NCBI GenBank assembly: GCA_029785375.1 | Contig: JAFLZV010000001.1 | Coordinates: forward strand, 12,320 to 76,319 | DNA length: 64,000 nt | Source of the DNA: Nitrososphaerota archaeon | Lineage (GTDB): Archaea; Thermoproteota; Nitrososphaeria; Nitrososphaerales; Gagatemarchaeaceae | Reading direction: 5' to 3' | In this document: positions 18,721 through 26,167 of the stretch, piece by piece | Position numbering within the stretch: the stretch's first letter is position 1 | How the letters are laid out: every line of letters begins with the position of its first letter | The notes under the pieces: model-generated | Databases searched by the model: none | What the model was told of the DNA's origin: nothing | What the model saw: only the letters and a program-made list of their open reading frames with translations | Made by a program: the position numbers and the translations under genes

Positions 18721-20004
18721 TCAGGGCAGTTTAAGGGAGCTTTCACTACGTTGTTTCAGGTGGTCAAGCATAGAAAAAGGGGGATGGGAAGACTGTCTGT
18801 TGAGCCGATAGAATAACAACTGTTGCTTTGTTTCACTATCGAACCCGACGAGTTTTGAGAACTTGGAGATTTCCCCGGCGCTGGTAATCTCACTGGTCCA
18901 GAGAACAGTCAACTCTTTGCGAAAGTCCGAGTATGCGACTGAAGGCTTCAAAGTTGTCTCCATCCCGAACGATCTCTGAAGAAGTGCTGCCGAGGCCAGA
19001 AGCAGTGAAGGATGCTGGTTGACAATTTCTTTGGCATCGGGGGGCAGATTGTTGTATGGTGTGACGCGCGGTTTTCGCGAGATTAGATTCCTGTAAGGTT
19101 CAAGCTGGGGAACGGCTACAGTTTGAACGAGTCGCATGAACCGAGCCATCCCTTCAGCGGTCCACAAGGCTCTGAGATATGCAGATGCGACGTTACTAGG
19201 AGATGAAAACAGCCACAGTGGAGTTGCGTTGTTGGCAACTTTCTGTCGAAGTTTCGTGTTAATCCCTGCCAAGTTCAGAAGAGTTGGCATGAGGAGACTC
19301 CAGTTTGTTTCGCTTATGTCTGGATAGATGCCTGTATTGACCCGCATGCGTCCGATGACGTGTTCGACAGCCCGCTTCATTAGATCATGGAGCTGTTGGT
19401 CTTTGTTCGTGAAGGTACAGTTTCCGTGCTTGGAGTCAGTGTAGTATCCCAGAATTGCAGCTCCTTCCGCATTGAAGAAGTTGAATGGGAGTTTGGGTTC
19501 GATCTCCTTAGGCCAATTGTTTTTGTGGCACTTCACGCGGAGCACGCAGGGTTCAAGTTGGTCGATGTCGAAGCTAACATGCTCCCTAGCTCGGAATAGG
19601 CTTTCGATGGTGATGTAGCCGTAGTATTTTGCTACAGCACACGAGTAGATGTTCTCGAGGCCAAGACTTTTGGCTTCTTTGGCGCTGTATCTCTGCCTGA
19701 TTGTTTTCCAGAGGTCTGCCAGAATCGAGAGGCCACGTTCAGAGAGATGAATTGCGGTCTTGCCAGGGAGGTCACTGAGATGAATCAGAGGCTTCCCAGG
19801 ATTGATACGATAGTGTGCTTCGAGTTGGTCCAGCCACTCTGGCCTGTATTGGTGCAGCCGACGACTTTGTGTAGTTATTTGCGCAGCACCTAGGTTCCTG
19901 ACTCTGGAAATTGCATACTCGATTTCGAAGGTCTTGGAATCTGTTCCCTTCTTTTCCCCTTTGTTCGATTCGTCGTTCGGTCTCGTGTTGTCCATAGTCT
20001 GCAT
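18721..20004 (-). CDS. Free-standing double-motif LAGLIDADG-like protein (homing-endonuclease fold), function unknown
   Basis: 427 aa. Two LAGLIDADG-like motifs, AAILGYYTDSKHG and ASAYLRALWTAEGMA. AT-richer codon usage than its surroundings (by eye). Confidence 0.5.
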   Translation of the reverse strand: MQTMDNTRPNDESNKGEKKGTDSKTFEIEYAISRVRNLGAAQITTQSRRLHQYRPEWLDQLEAHYRINPGKPLIHLSDLPGKTAIHLSERGLSILADLWKTIRQRYSAKEAKSLGLENIYSCAVAKYYGYITIESLFRAREHVSFDIDQLEPCVLRVKCHKNNWPKEIEPKLPFNFFNAEGAAILGYYTDSKHGNCTFTNKDQQLHDLMKRAVEHVIGRMRVNTGIYPDISETNWSLLMPTLLNLAGINTKLRQKVANNATPLWLFSSPSNVASAYLRALWTAEGMARFMRLVQTVAVPQLEPYRNLISRKPRVTPYNNLPPDAKEIVNQHPSLLLASAALLQRSFGMETTLKPSVAYSDFRKELTVLWTSEITSAGEISKFSKLVGFDSETKQQLLFYRLNRQSSHPPFSMLDHLKQRSESSLKLP

Positions 20005-20354
20005 TTCCTCTTAACGGCCAGGCTGTGCCAGTCCTGAACAACGACCGAATCTGTTGCGAAAGTTTGGATGTGTTGGTGGTCTGTTAGAACTGGTCCATTG
20101 CTTCGCTGTACTGATGACCAGTCACAACCGTTTCCTTGTCTTCCCTTTCCTCCTTCCGCATGGTCAGTCGGTCGCCTCCCCACCTTCAGCGTGCTTTGCT
20201 CGCGGGCCGTTCCTATGCGGACCTGTCTCGCGCCTGACCTCTCGATCGGGCGTTCATCTTGCACTCCGATGGGGCACGGAAACCTCTGGGATGTTACCCA
20301 GATTTCTATACTGCTTCACAAAGCGTTACCAAACCACAGCCTTTCATTCACACG

Positions 20355-20467
20355 TCGTGACCGTGGGCACGGTTTCGTGCGGGGACGGCACCACAAGGTA
20401 ACGTTTCGTGACTCTGAACCCGCGGCACTGTCACGATCTGTGAGCCACCCTTCAAAGGAGAGTCACG
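20355..20467. promoter_or_regulatory. Cluster of TCGTGAC / GTCACGA motifs upstream of the HerA-like gene
   Basis: TCGTGAC 20355-20361, TTTCGTGC 20373-20380, TTTCGTGAC 20404-20412, GTCACGA 20430-20436, GTCACG 20462-20467. All lie within 130 bp of ATG 20481. Confidence 0.3.
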
Positions 20468-20480
20468 CCCGACGACGGGC

Positions 20481-21653
20481 ATGGCCCCGAAAGGCTCCAT
20501 AGTCGTCGGGGAGCAGCTGCGCACCCTCGACCCCACCCCGAGGGGGGTCGTCACCCTGGACCTGGAGGCGCTCAGCAGGCATGTCGCGATACTTGGGACC
20601 ACTGGGTCGGGGAAGTCGACCTGCGCCGCGATGATCGCCCGGGAGCTGGGCGCGCTTGGCAAGGCGGTCGTCGTCCTGGACAGGACGGGGGAGTACGTGG
20701 AACTCCTCAGGTCGGCCGCGCCGGCGGTGCTCACCCCCGGGAGCGACTTCGCCATTTCTCCCTTCGACCCGCGCGGGAAGTTCGACCACGAGCGCACGGA
20801 CGAATGGATCTCGCTCCTGGAGCACTACAGCAGGGTGAGCTTCGGGGTTGGCCTCTCCCCGCTGCAGAACCGGGTGCTCAGAGACGCCCTGGAGTCATAC
20901 TTCCACGGGACCCAGAGGCCCCTGCCTGTCCGCGAGCTGGTCCGGAGGCTCCAAGAGGCCGAGGACGAGCTCTTCAAGCTCAGGGGGTGGGTAGAGTCGA
21001 TAGAAGCGCTGGTCTCAAAGCTCTGGCCCCTGACCCACGGCGCCATAGGAAGGACCCTCGACGCCCAGGGCGGAGGGTTCGAGACAACCAGCCTCTTCGG
21101 GGCCGGGGTGAAGGTAGTGGACCTCTCGGGGCTCCCGGACGACAGGGCGAAGAACATGCTGAGCCAGCTGTTGCTCAAGGAGGTATACGAAGAGACCAGG
21201 AAGCGGGGGAGGACGGAGGCGCTGCGTCTGGTGATGGTCATCGATGAGGCCCAGAACCTGGCTCCGGTCTTGAAGGACTACACGAGCATCCCGGAGAGGT
21301 GCGCCATGGAGCTCCGAAAGTATGGATTCTCCCTGGTGGTCTGCGCGAGCAGGCCCTCGCTGCTGAGCCAGAACGTCATCGCGAACAGCAACACCCTCAT
21401 CTGCCACATGCTGAACAACGAGACGGACCTGGAAGCCGCGGCGGGGTTCTTCGTAGGTTCGAATGTGAAAGACTCGCTGAGGCGGCTCCCTGTGGGGGTG
21501 GGGATGCTTCAGGTGAACCACCCGGAGCCAAAGGACGCGGTCAGGGTCAGGATTGGCACCGACGGACAACGGAAGAATGTCCTAGGCGACCTGGTAGTGG
21601 GAGCGTTCAGGGACCAGCGTCACCGAGCGGCCGAAGCCTTTCGCCCCGGATGA
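20481..21653 (+). CDS. HerA/FtsK-like P-loop ATPase (DUF87-type), lacking an N-terminal HAS barrel
   Basis: 390 aa. Walker A ILGTTGSGKST, Walker B VMVIDEAQNLAP, then VVCASRPSLLSQNVIANSNTLICHML. Confidence 0.8.
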   Translation: MAPKGSIVVGEQLRTLDPTPRGVVTLDLEALSRHVAILGTTGSGKSTCAAMIARELGALGKAVVVLDRTGEYVELLRSAAPAVLTPGSDFAISPFDPRGKFDHERTDEWISLLEHYSRVSFGVGLSPLQNRVLRDALESYFHGTQRPLPVRELVRRLQEAEDELFKLRGWVESIEALVSKLWPLTHGAIGRTLDAQGGGFETTSLFGAGVKVVDLSGLPDDRAKNMLSQLLLKEVYEETRKRGRTEALRLVMVIDEAQNLAPVLKDYTSIPERCAMELRKYGFSLVVCASRPSLLSQNVIANSNTLICHMLNNETDLEAAAGFFVGSNVKDSLRRLPVGVGMLQVNHPEPKDAVRVRIGTDGQRKNVLGDLVVGAFRDQRHRAAEAFRPG

Positions 21654-22005
21654 GCAAAGCAAGCATCTTCGCCCCGTCGTCCAGGGTGTTCATCTGGTAT
21701 CGCGGCCTCTCGCGGGACCCAACGTTGGTCACGACCCCGTATCGCTCCAGCCTTTCCAGGGCCAGCCTGAACCGCCCTTCCCTCAGAACCGACCGCCTCC
21801 CCGCCGCGCACCTCGAACCAATCTCCCGGAGGGGGAGCGCCTCCTGGGCGTTGGTCAGGACGCAGACCAGCCTGTACTCCGGAGAGCCCCCGAAGGCGAC
21901 GTGCACCGCCTTCCTCGCTTCGTTGAGGAGGTCAGCCTGCACAAGGACCTCGACCATCCGGAAGGCCCTGCCGAGGCCCCTGGAGGTGTCCCCGGGGCTA
22001 GGCAT
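21607..22005 (-). CDS. Small winged-helix protein, last gene of the minus-strand operon
   Basis: 132 aa. EYRLVCVLTNAQEALPLREIGSRC...LALERLERYGVVTN resembles a wHTH. Its start overlaps the upstream gene end by 8 nt. Its 3' end overlaps the convergent ATPase gene by 47 nt. Confidence 0.45.
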   Translation of the reverse strand: MPSPGDTSRGLGRAFRMVEVLVQADLLNEARKAVHVAFGGSPEYRLVCVLTNAQEALPLREIGSRCAAGRRSVLREGRFRLALERLERYGVVTNVGSRERPRYQMNTLDDGAKMLALLIRGERLRPLGDAGP

Positions 22006-23038
22006 AGATCCGCGCCACAGCCCTCAACTGCGCCCTGGTGAGCTTCACTTCGGCGCCCCCCGGGGTCTCGACGGACACCTTTCCTTCCGCTTCGCCCCTG
22101 GCCATGACCCTGTCGGAGAACGGCTCCGTCCTGGAGGCGTCCAGCGCGGCGAGGAAAGGGGAGAACGCGTCGGGCCCGGGCCAGCCGTGCCTTTCCTGGA
22201 TCTTCTCGACGACTTCGGCGAAGAGAGGCTGCCTGGCGGGGGTGAGATCGGAAGGGGGTATGGAGGGGGTACCCGCAGGCTCGGAGAGCCTGAACGCCCT
22301 GTGGGAGACGACCAACCCCTCCTTGGTCCTTACGGCGAAGACGTCGAATGGGAGGGACGACACGGCCTCCAGGTCTTCGGTCCCGATGTCGAGGCGGTCG
22401 AGCGTCAGTGAGAGCCTCTTGCCGGCGTCGCGGCTGTCCAGGGGGAGAAGGTGGGCCCCCCTCTGCGATAGCATCCGCGCCTTGCACCGCAGGGTCCTGA
22501 GGACCTTCTCCTCGGCTCCCCTGTAACCAAGTGCGTAGACGCTCACGACCTGGAACGCCGAGGGGGACCTGCCCGCGAAGACCAGGAGCCGGCCGTCCAG
22601 GGCGGCGACCCCCCTCGTCTGATCCTGCGCTTCGAGCTTGACCTCGGCGAGTGCGTGCCAGCGCAGCGGGAAGAGCCTGCTCCTGAGGAGTATCGAGTCA
22701 GTCATGGGGACCACCCCGCCCCCCACCCCGTGCCTGCGCGCGAGGGGCCAGAAGACTACGGCGAGCCCGCCCGTGAAGAAGGCTATCGGCGAGAGCGTCC
22801 CACCGGCTTCCACCGCGGCTAGCGCCAGCAGGAAAAGCACGCCCCCCGCCGTATACCTGCCCCAGGGACGCCGGGGCCTCGCCAGGACCTGCTGCTTGAG
22901 CATGACCGCACGCTGGGCCCTCGGCTTACGGAAGGAGTAGACGAGGTAGACCAGGGCCAGCAGGAAGATGGGCCACGCGCCGAGACCCAGGGCGATTAGC
23001 CCCGCTAAGACCGCGAGCATTCGCGCTCCCCACCCCAT
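21998..23038 (-). CDS. Membrane protein (about 4 TM) with a large soluble C-terminal domain, no recognisable family
   Basis: Start placed at MGWGARMLAVLAGLIALGL (ATG 23038), which overlaps the upstream stop as ATGA. Hydrophobic N-terminal third, then about 230 aa soluble. Confidence 0.55.
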   Translation of the reverse strand: MGWGARMLAVLAGLIALGLGAWPIFLLALVYLVYSFRKPRAQRAVMLKQQVLARPRRPWGRYTAGGVLFLLALAAVEAGGTLSPIAFFTGGLAVVFWPLARRHGVGGGVVPMTDSILLRSRLFPLRWHALAEVKLEAQDQTRGVAALDGRLLVFAGRSPSAFQVVSVYALGYRGAEEKVLRTLRCKARMLSQRGAHLLPLDSRDAGKRLSLTLDRLDIGTEDLEAVSSLPFDVFAVRTKEGLVVSHRAFRLSEPAGTPSIPPSDLTPARQPLFAEVVEKIQERHGWPGPDAFSPFLAALDASRTEPFSDRVMARGEAEGKVSVETPGGAEVKLTRAQLRAVARIYA

Positions 23039-24048
23039 CAGTGGAACCCCTCCCCGTCCTGCCGGGCGTAGGCGAACCTGGTGTACTCCTCGAGGGCTGG
23101 GTGCCTGGCGGCCCAGAAGGCCTTGGTGCACTCCTCCTTCTCGTCCGGGTTGAGCGCCTCCGGATTCCTGTCTTTGTTCCTCGACGCCGTGGACTTCGTG
23201 AGCTCGAGGGAGAACTTCGCGTCGTGGCCCAGGATGACACCGCCGTAGGGTATCCGGTCCCAGGGGTTGATGGGGTCGATGGAGACGTGGCTTGTGACCA
23301 GGACGGCGATCTTGAACTCGGCGCAGAGGCGCTGGGCGTGGGCCAGCAGCATTGCGAGGCCCGCGCTCCGGGCAGGGAGGTCCTGGGTGCTCGGGAAGGA
23401 GGCCTTGAACGGCGCGGATATCGAGTCATAGACGAGGAGCTTGGCGCCGGTGTCCCGGATGATCTGATGCAGCGCTGACTGATAGGTTGGCGTCTGCCTC
23501 ATCTTCAGCTCGACCCTCCCCCCGCTCGAGACCTCCTTGGCCGCGTCGATGCCGTGGAGGTTAAGCAGGTCCACCACCTCAGGGGTCTGGAACACGAGGA
23601 CCGAGGGCCCCTTCGGAGGGAGCTCGACTGTGAAGTCAGGCGAGAAGATGTCAGCCACGGCGCTGAGGTGGGAGTCGGAGTAGGAGACTCCGAGATGGCT
23701 CAGGGCTCCGTCGATCGCGTTGATGAGCTGTCCCCTCGTCACCGGTTTCCTCTTCGGAGAGACCTTTGGCGCCCTCTCGAGCTTTATCTCCGCGACGTTG
23801 AGTTCCTTCCCTAGTCTCTTGGCCATCCTGTCACGCCAGTATGGGACGAGATAGCTCGCGTAGGACTGCTCGGTGTCGAGTATGACGGCGCTCCCGCCGC
23901 ACGCGGCCGCGTGGCAGGCGGCCTGGAAGGAGATTATGCTCTTCCCCAGGGCCTTCTCCCCGAAGATCTGAGTGACCGTCCCCGTGGCCAGGCCGCCGTC
24001 CGTCAGGGAGTCCACGGCGGAGCATCCGGTGGTGAGGTGCTCCATCAC
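23038..24048 (-). CDS. RecA-superfamily ATPase (RadA-paralog/KaiC-like) with a long insertion between Walker A and B
   Basis: 336 aa. GLATGTVTQIFGEKALGKS (Walker A), KLLVYDSI (Walker B), LVTSHVS. About 130 aa lie between the motifs. Confidence 0.65.
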   Translation of the reverse strand: MMEHLTTGCSAVDSLTDGGLATGTVTQIFGEKALGKSIISFQAACHAAACGGSAVILDTEQSYASYLVPYWRDRMAKRLGKELNVAEIKLERAPKVSPKRKPVTRGQLINAIDGALSHLGVSYSDSHLSAVADIFSPDFTVELPPKGPSVLVFQTPEVVDLLNLHGIDAAKEVSSGGRVELKMRQTPTYQSALHQIIRDTGAKLLVYDSISAPFKASFPSTQDLPARSAGLAMLLAHAQRLCAEFKIAVLVTSHVSIDPINPWDRIPYGGVILGHDAKFSLELTKSTASRNKDRNPEALNPDEKEECTKAFWAARHPALEEYTRFAYARQDGEGFH

Positions 24049-25268
24049 CCGCTCAGCCCCTGGAGGAGGCGCCTGCCTGTCTCCGTCACGGTGTAAGAGA
24101 GGATCTTCGGGCCGCCGCCGGCCTCCTTCGGCTCAAGGACCAGGTACCCCTCTGAATGGAGCCTGTCTATCTCGGCCGCGACGTCCGCCGGGAGGAACTG
24201 CACGGAGAGGTAGGAGACCACGGACTGCCTGTTGGCCGATTCATACCTGGAGACCTCGTCGAGGATCGTCTTCGTGAGCTCCGCGCTGGGTCTCTTGGGC
24301 AGGACCAGCCTGGGGGCACCGGGCAAAGACATGGGCCTGATGATGCGTGGGACGAACCCCTGCGTCTCATCTGAGCGGTCGTCACAGACGGTGTAGGAGC
24401 AAGCGAGGGCCGCGGCCTGCCTCCGGGCATTCCTGCCGTTCCATGCTTCGCTTGAGTAGACTCTTACCTGCATCGAGTCTGTCAGCTCGCCGCTGAGGAG
24501 GGCAGGGAGGGAGGTGGCGAGGACGAGCGGGGTTTTCGATTCGAGGAGGCGCGCCAGGAGCTTCGCTGGGTTCTGGTAGCGGGTGAGGCGCCTGAAGAGA
24601 CGGTGAGCGCCGGTGATGAGGAGGGCGTCTGGGGAGGAGACCGGACCGGAAAGGAGATGCACGAGCTTGGCGACGTAGAGCCCCGCGGCGAGCTCTGCGG
24701 CCTGGGGGTAGGGGGCGCTGGCGAAGGTCACCAGGGCTCGTCCCGCCGTCAGCTCGTCGAATGCGTCCGCCCTGGTGGCGTCGAGGTGCCTGAGGGACCC
24801 GATCCTCCCCTTCAGCTTGTCGACATAGTACCCCCTGAAGCCTTCGACCGCTCCCAGGACGTCGTACAGCGCGGCGGGGGTCGCCAGGTCGTTCTGCTCC
24901 GAGAGCCTCTGCAGGGAGGCCGAGAGTATCGCCTCGTCCTCTGAGGTGAGGTCGAGGGCGGCGGCGTAGGCAGAGGCGACGAGCTGGCCGTGCATCGCAT
25001 CATCCCCCTCGAGGTGGAACGCCTCGTACAGCATCGAGCGGTAGTCGAACGTCCTGTAATAGCCTTGGACGTCGGTGGAGATCGAGCCGTCGATGTCAAG
25101 AATCGTGAGCCCCGACCCTGCCTCCGCCCCGGCGTAGGCGAACAGGCTCGCCATGGCACCGGCCTGCCTGCCCAGGATGAGGACGCGGTCGCCCAGCCCA
25201 CGGACCCCGACGCGCCCCCCTGGCCTGTCGAGGGAGTAGCCGAGCCATCCGTCTCCTTTCGCGCTCAA
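24045..25268 (-). CDS. HerA/DUF87-like protein with degenerate Walker A/B, plus a C-terminal winged helix
   Basis: 407 aa. RVLILGRQAGAMASL...LTILDIDGS, DALLITGAHRLF and LVLATSLPALLSGELTDSMQVRVY align position-for-position with ILGTTGSGKST / VIDEAQ / VVCASRPSLL of the 20481 gene, but the catalytic K/S and DE are lost. The C-terminus EIDRLHSEGYLVLEPKE...YTVTETGRRLL is wHTH-like. Confidence 0.5.
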   Translation of the reverse strand: MSAKGDGWLGYSLDRPGGRVGVRGLGDRVLILGRQAGAMASLFAYAGAEAGSGLTILDIDGSISTDVQGYYRTFDYRSMLYEAFHLEGDDAMHGQLVASAYAAALDLTSEDEAILSASLQRLSEQNDLATPAALYDVLGAVEGFRGYYVDKLKGRIGSLRHLDATRADAFDELTAGRALVTFASAPYPQAAELAAGLYVAKLVHLLSGPVSSPDALLITGAHRLFRRLTRYQNPAKLLARLLESKTPLVLATSLPALLSGELTDSMQVRVYSSEAWNGRNARRQAAALACSYTVCDDRSDETQGFVPRIIRPMSLPGAPRLVLPKRPSAELTKTILDEVSRYESANRQSVVSYLSVQFLPADVAAEIDRLHSEGYLVLEPKEAGGGPKILSYTVTETGRRLLQGLSG

Positions 25269-25307
25269 CGGGTCAGCGGGTGCATGGTTTACTTAAGGCA
25301 CTGACGC

Positions 25308-25329
25308 ACAAGTTGAGAGCACAACTTGT
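25308..25329. promoter_or_regulatory. Perfect 8-bp inverted repeat ACAAGTTG-N6-CAACTTGT in the divergent promoter region
   Basis: Read directly. A related half-site ACAAGTTGTGAGC recurs at 25625-25637, just after the wHTH gene. Confidence 0.35.
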
Positions 25330-25360
25330 TCATATCAGGCTGGGTCCGTCCGGGGGCCGG

Positions 25361-25624
25361 TTGAGGAACCGGGACACGACGGTGATCTACTGGGAGCTTC
25401 TCAGGACCATGGCATCGGGCCCCCAACTCCCGACCAGGCTGGCCCGGACCACCAACATCCCGTACAACAGGCTCGGGGAGTACCTGGAGTTCCTGACCAC
25501 GAATGGGTTCGTGAAAGCTGATGCCTCCGATGGTCATGAGAGGTACTCGGTGACGCCGAAGGGGATGGAGGTCCTCGGCAGGCTGGACAGCGGCCTGAAG
25601 ATGCTCTTCTCCGCCCTGGAGTGA
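25361..25624 (+). CDS. Small winged-helix DNA-binding protein (divergent from the operon)
   Basis: IYWELLRTMASGPQLPTRLARTTNIPYNRLGEYLEFLTTNGFVKADASDGHERYSVTPKGMEVL. ORF opens at 25280, but I favour TTG 25361 because the palindrome and an AT-rich box lie in 25287-25329. Confidence 0.55.
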   Translation: MRNRDTTVIYWELLRTMASGPQLPTRLARTTNIPYNRLGEYLEFLTTNGFVKADASDGHERYSVTPKGMEVLGRLDSGLKMLFSALE

Positions 25625-25654
25625 ACAAGTTGTGAGCTTGCGTTATAAGCAGCG

Positions 25655-26074
25655 GTGGGCCTGAGACAGATGATGCCCGAGGACAAGGACCCCGGCGTGT
25701 CCATGATCGAGCTCCAGGAGGAGTTCATCAGGCACATGGAACGAGGAGGAAAGAAGATCAGGATGCTCGCCCTCGTCGCCACTGTCACGGGCGCCTACTT
25801 CGCTGTCAGCTACTTCGTCCAACTGGTTGTCGTCCCCTACGGGCTTGGGGTCACGAGCCAGACTGTGGACCTGGTGGCCCCGGGCCTGGTGGCTGTGGGG
25901 ATCCTGAGCCTCGCAGTCTCGATCCTCTGGTGCTATGCAGGGGCGAGGAACCTTCTGTTCGAAAGGAGGCTGGCTGAGAGGATCAGGGAGGTGAGGAAGC
26001 TTCAGTCGGAGACCGCCAAGAAGTATGGGCTAGGGGGACAGAGGCAGGGGACATCTTCGGTTCCGCCAGATTAG
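25655..26074 (+). CDS. Small membrane protein (2 TM), unknown function
   Basis: 139 aa with two hydrophobic segments (MLALVATVTGAYFAVSYFVQLVVV and LVAVGILSLAVSILWCYA). Confidence 0.45.
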   Translation: MGLRQMMPEDKDPGVSMIELQEEFIRHMERGGKKIRMLALVATVTGAYFAVSYFVQLVVVPYGLGVTSQTVDLVAPGLVAVGILSLAVSILWCYAGARNLLFERRLAERIREVRKLQSETAKKYGLGGQRQGTSSVPPD

Positions 26075-26167
26075 TCACGCGACCGCTGGAGGTGTGCTTG
26101 CGCGGCTAAGGCGAAGGAGAGCACAGGGGGGAAGGGCGCCATTGGCGGCGTGAAGGGATCTGCCCGG

